Below, piece by piece: positions 53,601 through 64,000 of a stretch of DNA of 64,000 nucleotides (position 1 is the stretch's first letter; each line of letters opens with the position of its first letter). The notes beneath the pieces were generated by a model that saw only the letters and a list, made by a program, of their open reading frames with translations, searched no databases and was not told the origin of the DNA. Source of the stretch: Auanema rhodensis. Its lineage: Eukaryota; Animalia; Nematoda. The DNA is taken from assembly GCA_964057225.1 (NCBI GenBank), contig CAXKVF010000102.1:203-64202 (forward strand). The letters are read 5' to 3'. A program made the translations under genes and the position numbers.

Positions 53601-54900
53601 TTACGTGAACTTTAATTTATGCTAATTAAGTGTACACGTGATGTGCACTTGGTATGTAACTCGCTTCACGTGAAAGATAAAGAGATGCGGTTTTCAAAAT
53701 TAGATTCCCCATGTCCATATTAGTCTAAAAACAAATTTTTATTGATATTGGTTCATGGTAAACATGACTTTGAAATTTACGTGAACTTTAATTTATGCTA
53801 ATTAAATGTACACGTGATGTGCACTTGGTATGTAACTCGCTTCACGTGAAAGATAAAGAGATGCGGTTTTCAAAGTTAGATTTCCCATGTCCATATTAGT
53901 CTAAATACAAATTTTTATTGATATTGGTGCATGGTAACCATGACTTTGAAATTTACGTGAACTTTAATTTATGCTAATTAAATGTACACGTGATGTGCAC
54001 TTGGTATGTAACTCGCTTCACGTGAAAGATAAAGAGATGCGGTTTTCAAAGTTAGATTTCCCATGTCCATATTAGTCTAAAAACAAATTTTTATTGATAT
54101 TGGTTCATGGTAACCATGACTTTGAAATTTACGTGAACTTTAATTTATGCTAATTAAATGTACACGTGATGTGCACTTGGTATGTAACTCGCTTCACGTG
54201 AAAGATAAAGAGATGCGGTTTTCAAAATTAGATTCCCCATGTCCATATTAGTCTAAAAACCAATTTTTATTGATATTGGTTCATGGTAAACATGACTTTG
54301 AAATTTACGTGAACTTTAATTTATGCTAATTAAATGTACACGTGATGTGCACTTGGTATGTAACTCGCTTCACGTGAAAGATAAAGAGATGCGGTTTTCA
54401 AAATTAGATTCCCCATGTCCATATTAGTCTAAAAACCAATTTTTATTGATATTGGTGCATGGTAACCATGACTTTGAAATTTACGTGAACTTTAATTTAT
54501 GCTAATTAAATGTACACGTGATGTGCACTTGGTATGTAACTCGCTTCACGTGAAAGATAAAGAGATGCGGTTTTCAAAATTAGATTCCCCATGTCCATAT
54601 TAGTCTAAAAACAAATTTTTATTGATATTGGTTCATGGTAAACATGACTTTGAAATTTACGTGAACTTTAATTTATGCTAATTAAATGTACACGTGATGT
54701 GCACTTGGTATGTAACTCGCTTCACGTGAAAGATAAAGAGATGCGGTTTTCAAAATTAGATTTCCCATGTCCATATTAGTCTAAAAACAAATTTCTATTG
54801 ATATTGGTGCATGGTAACCATGACTTTGAAATTTACGTGAACTTTAATTTATGCTAATTAAATGTACACGTGATGTGCACTTGGTATGTAACTCGCTTCA
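47699..54900 (+). repeat. ~9-monomer higher-order unit in several full and partial copies (offsets of 9, 4 and 30 monomers)
   Basis: G176A at 47874, 49458, 50162 and 53154, each followed by C25T, A17G and A124G monomers; A48T+A17G monomers at 48626, 50914 and 53906. Confidence 0.82.
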
Positions 54901-57900
54901 CGTGAAAGATAAAGAGATGCGGTTTTCAAAGTTAGATTCCCCATGTCCATATTAGTCTAAAAACAAATTTTTATTGATATTGGTGCATGGTAACCATGAC
55001 TTTGAAATTTACGTGAACTTTAATTTATGCTAATTAAGTGTACACGTGATGTGCACTTGGTATGTAACTCGCTTCACGTGAAAGATAAAGAGATGCGGTT
55101 TTCAAAATTAGATTCCCCATGTCCATATTAGTCTAAAAACCAATTTTTATTGATATTGGTGCATGGTAACCATGACTTTGAAATTTACGTGAACTTTAAT
55201 TTATGCTAATTAAATGTACACGTGATGTGCACTTGGTATGTAACTCGCTTCACGTGAAAGATAAAGAGATGCGGTTTTCAAAATTAGATTCCCCATGTCC
55301 ATATTAGTCTAAAAACAAATTTTTATTGATATTGGTTCATGGTAAACATGACTTTGAAATTTACGTGAACTTTAATTTATGCTAATTAAATGTACACGTG
55401 ATGTGCACTTGGTATGTAACTCGCTTCACGTGAAAGATAAAGAGATGCGGTTTTCAAAATTAGATTTCCCATGTCCATATTAGTCTAAAAACAAATTTCT
55501 ATTGATATTGGTGCATGGTAACCATGACTTTGAAATTTACGTGAACTTTAATTTATGCTAATTAAATGTACACGTGATGTGCACTTGGTATGTAACTCGC
55601 TTCACGTGAAAGATAAAGAGATGCGGTTTTTAAAGTTAGATTCCCCATGTCCATATTAGTCTAAAAACAAATTTTTATTGATATTGGTGCATGGTAACCA
55701 TGACTTTGAAATTTACGTGAACTTTAATTTATGCTAATTAAGTGTACACGTGATGTGCACTTGGTATGTAACTCGCTTCACGTGAAAGATAAAGAGATGC
55801 GGTTTTCAAAATTAGATTCCCCATGTCCATATTAGTCTAAAAACAAATTTTTATTGATATTGGTTCATGGTAAACATGACTTTGAAATTTACGTGAACTT
55901 TAATTTATGCTAATTAAGTGTACACGTGATGTGCACTTGGTATGTAACTCGCTTCACGTGAAAGATAAAGAGATGCGGTTTTCAAAATTAGATTCCCCAT
56001 GTCCATATTAGTCTAAAAACAAATTTTTATTGATATTGGTTCATGGTAAACATGACTTTGAAATTTACGTGAACTTTAATTTATGCTAATTAAATGTACA
56101 CGTGATGTGCACTTGGTATGTAACTCGCTTCACGTGAAAGATAAAGAGATGCGGTTTTCAAAGTTAGATTTCCCATGTCCATATTAGTCTAAAAACAAAT
56201 TTTTATTGATATTGGTGCATGGTAACCATGACTTTGAAATTTACGTGAACTTTAATTTATGCTAATTAAATGTACACGTGATGTGCACTTGGTATGTAAC
56301 TCGCTTCACGTGAAAGATAAAGAGATGCGGTTTTCAAAGTTAGATTTCCCATGTCCATATTAGTCTAAAAACAAATTTTTATTGATATTGGTGCATGGTA
56401 ACCATGACTTTGAAATTTACGTGAACTTTAATTTATGCTAATTAAATGTACACGTGATGTGCACTCGGTATGTAACTCGCTTCACGTGAAAGATAAAGAG
56501 ATGCGGTTTTCAAAATTAGATTCCCCATGTCCATATTAGTCTAAAAACAAATTTTTATTGATATTGGTTCATGGTAACCATGACTTTGAAAATTACGTGA
56601 ACTTTAATTTATGCTAATTAAATGTACACGTGATGTGCACTTGGTATGTAATTTGCTTCACGTGAAAGATAAAAAGATGCGGTTTTCAAAATTAGATTCC
56701 CCATGTCCATATTAGTCTAAAAACAAATTTTTATTGATATTGGTGCATGTTAACCATGACTTTGAAATTTACGTGAACTTTAATTTATGCTAATTAAATG
56801 TACACGTGATGTGCACTTGGTATGTAACTCGCTTCACGTGAAAGATAAAGAGATGCGGTTTTCAAAATTAGATTCCCCATGTCCATATTAGTCTAAAAAC
56901 AAATTTTTATTGATATTGGTTCATGGTAAACATGACTTTGAAATTTACGTGAACTTTAATTTATGCTAATTAAATGTACACGTGATGTGCACTTGGTATG
57001 TAACTCGCTTCACGTGAAAGATAAAGAGATGCGGTTTTCAAAATTAGAATCCCCATGTCCATATTAGTCTAAATACAAATTTTTATTGATATTGGTGCAT
57101 GGTAACCATGACTTTGAAATTTACGTGAACTTTAATTTATGCTAATTAAATGTACACGTGATGTGCACTTGATATGTAACTCGCTTCACGTGAAAGATAA
57201 AGAGATGCGGTTTTCAAAATTAGATTCCCCATGTCCATATTAGTCTAAAAACAAATTTTTATTGATATTGGTTCATGGTAACCATGACTTTGAAATTTAC
57301 GTGAACTTTAATTTATGCTAATTAAATGTACACGTGATGTGCACTTGGTATGTAACTCGCTTCACGTGAAAAATAAAGAGATGCGGTTTTCAAAATTAGA
57401 TTCCCCATGTCCATATTAGTCTAAAAACAAATTTTTATTGATATTGGTTCATGGTAACCATGACTTTGAAATTTACGTGAACTTTAATTTATGCTAATTA
57501 AATGTACACGTGATGTGCACTTGGTATGTAACTCGCTTCACGTGAAAGATAAAGAGATGCGGTTTTCAAAATTAGATTCCCCATGTCCATATTAGTCTAA
57601 AAACAAATTTTTATTGATATTGCTTCATGGTAACCATGACTTTGAAATTTACGTGAACTTTAATTTATGCTAATTAAATGTACACGTGATGTGCACTTGG
57701 TATGTAACTCGCTTCACGTGAAAGATAAAGAGATGCGGTTTTCAAAATTAGATTCCCCATGTCCATATTAGTCTAAAAACAAATTTTTATTGATATTGGT
57801 TCATGGTAACCATGACTTTGAAATTTACGTGAACTTTAATTTATGCTAATTAAATGTACACGTGATGTGCACTTGGTATGTAACTCGCTTCACGTGAAAG

Positions 57901-60900
57901 ATAAAGAGATGCGGTTTTCAAAATTAGATTCCCCATGTCCATATTAGTCTAAAAACAAATTTTTATTGATATTGCTTCATGGTAACCATGACTTTGAAAT
58001 TTACGTGAACTTTAATTTATGCTAATTAAATGTACACGTGATGTGCACTTGTTATGTAACTCGCTTCACGTGAAAGATAAAGAGATGCGGTTTTCAAAAT
58101 TAGATTCCCCATGTCCATATTAGTCTAAAAACAAATTTTTATTGATATTGGTGCATGGTAACCATGACTTTGAAATTTACGTGAACTTTAATTTATGCTA
58201 ATTAAATGTACACGTGATGTGCACTTGTTATGTAACTCGCTTCACGTGAAAGATAAAGAGATGCGGTTTTCAAAATTAGATTCCCCATGTCCATATTAGT
58301 CTAAAAACAAATTTTTATTGATATTGGTTCATGGTAAACATGACTTTGAAATTTACGTGAACTTTAATTTATGCTAATTAAATGTACACGTGATGTGCAC
58401 TTGGTATGTAACTCGCTTCACGTGAAAGATAAAGAGATGCGGTTTTCAAAATTAGATTCCCCATGTCCATATTAGTCTCAATACAAATTTTTATTGATAT
58501 TGGTGCATGGTAACCATGACTTTGAAATTTACGTGAACTTTAATTTATGCTAATTAAATGTACACGTGATGTGCACTTGGTATGTAACTCGCTTCACGTG
58601 AAAGATAAAAAGATGCGGTTTTCAAAATTAGAATCCCCATGTCCATATTAGTCTAAAAACAAATTTTTATTGATATTGGTGCATGGTAACCATGACTTTG
58701 AAATTTACGTGAACTTTAATTTATGCTAATTAAATGTACACGTGATGTGCACTTGGTATGTAACTCGCTTCACGTGAAAGATAAAGAGATGCGGTTTTCA
58801 AAATTAGATTCCCCATGTCCATATTAGTCTAAAAACAAATTTTTATTGATATTGGTTCATGGTAAACATGACTTTGAAATTTACGTGAACTTTAATTTAT
58901 GCTAATTAAATGTACACGTGATGTGCACTTGGTATGTAACTCGCTTCACGTGAAAGATAAAGAGATGCGGTTTTCAAAATTAGATTCCCCATGTCCATAT
59001 TAGTCTAAAAACCAATTTTTATTGATATTGGTGCATGGTAACCATGACTTTGAAATTTACGTGAACTTTAATTTATGCTAATTAAATGTACACGTGATGT
59101 GCACTTGGTATGTAACTCGCTTCACGTGAAAGATAAAGAGATGCGGTTTTCAAAATTAGATTCCCCATGTCCATATTAGTCTAAAAACAAATTTTTATTG
59201 ATATTGGTTCATGGTAACCATGACTTTGAAATTTACGTGAACTTTAATTTATGCTAATTAAATGTACACGTGATGTGCACTTGGTATGTAACTCGCTTCA
59301 CGTGAAAGATAAAGAGATGCGGTTTTCAAATTAGATTCCCCATGTCCATATTAGTCTAAAAACAAATTTTTATTGATATTGGTTCATGGTAAACATGACT
59401 TTGAAATTTACGTGAACTTTAATTTATGCTAATTAAATGTACACGTGATGTGCACTTGGTATGTAACTCGCTTCACGTGAAAGATAAAGAGATGCGGTTT
59501 TCAAAATTAGATTCCCATGTCCATATTAGTCTAAAAACCAATTTTTATTGATATTGGTGCATGGTAACCATGACTTTGAAATTTACGTGAACTTTAATTT
59601 ATGCTAATTAAATGTACACGTGATGTGCACTTGGTATGTAACTCGCTTCACGTGAAAGATAAAGAGATGCGGTTTTCAAAATTAGATTCCCCATGTCCAT
59701 ATTAGTCTAAAAACAAATTTTTATTGATATTGGTTCATGGTAACCATGACTTTGAAATTTACGTGAACTTTAATTTATGCTAATTAAATGTACACGTGAT
59801 GTGCACTTGGTATGTAACTCGCTTCACGTAAAAGATAAAGAGATGCGGTTTTCAAAATTAGATTCCCCATGTCCATATTAGTCTAAAAACAAATTTTTAT
59901 TGATATTGGTTCATGGTAACCATGACTTTGAAATTTACGTGAACTTTAATTTATGCTAATTAAATGTACACGTGATGTGCACTTGGTATGTAACTCGCTT
60001 CACGTGAAAAATAAAGAGATGCGGTTTTCAAAATTAGATTCCCCATGTCCATATTAGTCTAAAAACAAATTTTTATTGATATTGGTTCATGGTAACCATG
60101 ACTTTGAAATTTACGTGAACTTTAATTTATGCTAATTAAATGTACACGTGATGTGCACTTGGTATGTAACTCGCTTCACGTGAAAGATAAAGAGATGCGG
60201 TTTTCAAAATTAGATTCCCCATGTCCATATTAGTCTAAAAACAAATTTTTATTGATATTGCTTCATGGTAACCATGACTTTGAAATTTACGTGAACTTTA
60301 ATTTATGCTAATTAAATGTACACGTGATGTGCACTTGGTATGTAACTCGCTTCACGTGAAAGATAAAGAGATGCGGTTTTCAAAATTAGATTCCCCATGT
60401 CCATATTAGTCTAAAAACAAATTTTTATTGATATTGGTTCATGGTAACCATGACTTTGAAATTTACGTGAACTTTAATTTATGCTAATTAAATGTACACG
60501 TGATGTGCACTTGGTATGTAACTCGCTTCACGTGAAAGATAAAGAGATGCGGTTTTCAAAATTAGATTCCCCATGTCCATATTAGTCTAAAAACAAATTT
60601 TTATTGATATTGCTTCATGGTAACCATGACTTTGAAATTTACGTGAACTTTAATTTATGCTAATTAAATGTACACGTGATGTGCACTTGTTATGTAACTC
60701 GCTTCACGTGAAAGATAAAGAGATGCGGTTTTCAAAATTAGATTCCCCATGTCCATATTAGTCTAAAAACCAATTTTTATTGATATTGGTGCATGGTAAC
60801 CATGACTTTGAAATTTACGTGAACTTTAATTTATGCTAATTAAATGTACACGTGATGTGCACTTGGTATGTAACTCGCTTCACGTGAAAGATAAAGAGAT

Positions 60901-63900
60901 GCGGTTTTCAAAATTAGATTCCCCATGTCCATATTAGTCTAAAAACAAATTTTTGTTGATATTGCTTCATGGTAACCATGACTTTGAAATTTACGTGAAC
61001 TTTAATTTATGCTAATTAAATGTACACGTGATGTGCACTTGTTATGTAACTCGCTTCACGTGAAAGATAAAGAGATGCGGTTTCAAAATTAGATTCCCCA
61101 TGTCCATATTAGTCTAAAAACCAATTTTTATTGATATTGGTGCATGGTAACCATGACTTTGAAATTTACGTGAACTTTAATTTATGCTAATTAAATGTAC
61201 ACGTGATGTGCACTTGGTATGTAACTCGCTTCACGTGAAAGATAAAGAGATGCGGTTTTCAAAATTAGATTCCCCATGTCCATATTAGTCTAAAAACAAA
61301 TTTTTATTGATATTGGTTCATGGTAACCATGACTTTGAAATTTACGTGAACTTTAATTTATGCTAATTAAATGTACACGTGATGTGCACTTGGTATGTAA
61401 CTCGCTTCATGTGGAAGATAAAGAGATGCGGTTTTCAAAATTAGATTCCCCATGTCCATATTAGTCTAAAAACAAATTTTTATTGATATTGGTTCATGGT
61501 AAACATGACTTTGAAATTTACGTGAACTTTAATTTATGCTAATTAAATGTACACGTGATGTGCACTTGGTATGTAACTCGCTTCACGTGAAAGATAAAGA
61601 GATGCGGTTTTCAAAATTAGATTCCCCATGTCCATATTAGTCTAAAACAAATTTTTATTGATATTGGTGCATGGTAACCATGACTTTGAAATTTACGTGA
61701 ACTTTAATTTATGCTAATTAAATGTACACGTGATGTGCACTTGGTATGTAACTCGCTTCACGTGAAAGATAAAGAGATGCGGTTTTCAAAATTAGATTCC
61801 CCATGTCCATATTAGTCTAAAAACCAATTTTTATTGATATTGGTGCATGGTAACCATGACTTTGAAATTTACGTGAACTTTAATTTATGCTAATTAAATG
61901 TACACGTGATGTGCACTTGGTATGTAACTCGCTTCACGTGAAAGATAAAGAGATGCGGTTTTCAAAATTAGATTCCCCATGTCCATATTAGTCTAAAAAC
62001 AAATTTTTATTGATATTGGTTCATGGTAACCATGACTTTGAAATTTACGTGAACTTTAATTTATGCTAATTAAATGTACACGTGATGTGCACTTGGTATG
62101 TAACTCGCTTCAAGTGAAAGATAAAGAGATGCGGTTTTCAAATTAGATTCCCCATGTCCATATTAGTCTAAAAACAAATTTTTATTGATATTGGTTCATG
62201 GTAAACATGACTTTGAAATTTACGTGAACTTTAATTTATGCTAATTAAATGTACACGTGATGTGCACTTGGTATGTAACTCGCTTCACGTGAAAGATAAA
62301 GAGATGCGGTTTTCAAAATTAGATTCCCCATGTCCATATTAGTCTAAAAACAAATTTTTATTGATATTGGTGCATGGTAACCATGACTTTGAAATTTACG
62401 TGAACTTTAATTTATGCTAATTAAATGTACACGTGATGTGCACTTGGTATGTAACTCGCTTCACGTGAAAGATAAAGAGATGCGGTTTTCAAAATTAGAT
62501 TCCCCATGTCCATATTAGTCTAAAAACCAATTTTTATTGATATTGGTGCATGGTAACCATGACTTTGAAATTTACGTGAACTTTAATTTATGCTAATTAA
62601 ATGTACACGTGATGTGCACTTGGTATGTAACTCGCTTCACGTGAAAGATAAAGAGATGCGGTTTTCAAAATTAGATTCCCCATGTCCATATTAGTCTAAA
62701 AACAAATTTTTATTGATATTGGTTCATGGTAACCATGACTTTGAAATTTACGTGAACTTTAATTTATGCTAATTAAATGTACACGTGATGTGCACTTGGT
62801 ATGTAACTCGCTTCAAGTGAAAGATAAAGAGATGCGGTTTTCAAATTAGATTCCCCATGTCCATATTAGTCTAAAAACAAATTTTTATTGATATTGGTTC
62901 ATGGTAAACATGACTTTGAAATTTACGTGAACTTTAATTTATGCTAATTAAATGTACACGTGATGTGCACTTGGTATGTAACTCGCTTCACGTGAAAGAT
63001 AAAGAGATGCGGTTTTCAAATTAGATTCCCCATGTCCATATTAGTCTAAAAACAATTTTTATTGATATTGGTGCATGGTAACCATGACTTTGAAATTTAC
63101 GTGAACTTTAATTTATGCTAATTAAATGTACACGTGATGTGCACTTGGTATGTAACTCGCTTCACGTGAAAGATAAAGAGATGCGGTTTTCAAAATTAGA
63201 TTCCCCATGTCCATATTAGTCTAAAAACAATTTTTATTGATATTGGTGCATGGTAACCATGACTTTGAAATTTACGTGAACTTTAATTTATGCTAATTAA
63301 ATGTACACGTGATGTGCACTTGGTATGTAACTCGCTTCACGTGAAAGATAAAGAGATGCGGTTTTCAAATTAGATTCCTCATGTCCATATTAGTCTAAAA
63401 ACAAATTTTTATTGATATTGGTTCATGGTAAACATGACTTTGAAATTTACGTGAACTTTAATTTATGCTAATTAAATGTACACGTGATGTGCACTTGGTA
63501 TGTAACTCGCTTCACGTGAAAGATAAAGAGATGCGGTTTTCAAAATTAGAATCCCATGTCCATATTAGTCTAAATACAAATTTTTATTGATATTGGTGCA
63601 TGGTAACCATGACTTTGAAATTTACGTGAACTTTAATTTATGCTAATTAAATGTACACGTGATGTGCACTTGGTATGTAACTCGCTTCACGTGAAAGATA
63701 AAGAGATGCGGTTTTCAAAATTAGATTCCCATGTCCATATTAGTCTAAAAACAAATTTTTATTGATATTGGTTCATGGTAACCATGACTTTGAAATTTAC
63801 GTGAACTTTAATTTATGCTAATTAAATGTACACGTGATGTGCACTTGGTATGTAACTCGCTTCACGTGAAAAATAAAGAGATGCGGTTTTCTCAAATTAG

Positions 63901-64000
63901 ATTCCCATGTCCATATTAGTCTAAAAACAAATTTTTATTGATATTGGTTCATGGTAACCATGACTTTGAAATTTACGTGAACTTTAATTTATGCTAATTA

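Larger units (their letters stand above)
1..64000 (+). repeat. Tandem satellite array, 176-bp monomer, ~363.7 copies, single orientation, extends beyond both window edges
   Basis: The motif agatgcggttttcaaaattagattcccc recurs every 176 bp (1, 177, 353, ...). Phase shifts only at a +3 T insertion (18665-18671), a -1 T (~37853) and 1-bp deletions after ~59300; the last monomer starts at 63879. There is no non-satellite sequence anywhere. Confidence 0.99.

Noticed and set aside
1-64000. CRISPR array or repeat-spacer system
   Set aside because: There are no unique spacers; the entire 176-bp period is repeated and no cas or other genes are present.
1-64000. 5S rDNA, tRNA or snRNA tandem gene cluster, or telomeric repeat
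   Set aside because: No recognisable RNA-gene sequence, Pol III A/B/C boxes or short G-rich telomeric unit on either strand.

Overview
The whole 64 kb window is one uninterrupted head-to-tail satellite DNA array. It holds 363 complete monomers of 176 bp plus a final 122-bp partial copy, all in one orientation, at about 32% GC. Consensus, in phase with position 1: agatgcggttttcaaaattagattccccatgtccatattagtctaaaaac[a/c]aatttttattgatattggt[t/g]catggtaa[c/a]catgactttgaaatttacgtgaactttaatttatgctaattaaatgtacacgtgatgtgcacttggtatgtaactcgcttcacgtgaaagataaag. Monomers differ from one another by only a few substitutions. I see no genes, RNA genes, transposon insertions, inversions or CRISPR spacers, and the three 60-aa ORFs are by-products of a single T>C variant. 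The nucleosome-sized, AT-rich, highly homogeneous array looks like a eukaryotic centromeric or pericentromeric satellite, but I cannot assign a species or named family. The informative structure lies in (i) the variant pattern, which shows nested higher-order duplications, positionally restricted variant layers and recombinant monomers; (ii) monomer anatomy, with dyad symmetries, three phased ACGTG boxes and a nearly invariant 43-bp segment; and (iii) a burst of homopolymer deletions in the last ~4.7 kb that probably reflects consensus error. Variants were read by eye; 'pos' means position within the monomer, and types A/B/C/D are defined by pos 51/71/80 (A=C-G-C, B=A-T-C, C=A-T-A, D=A-G-C).
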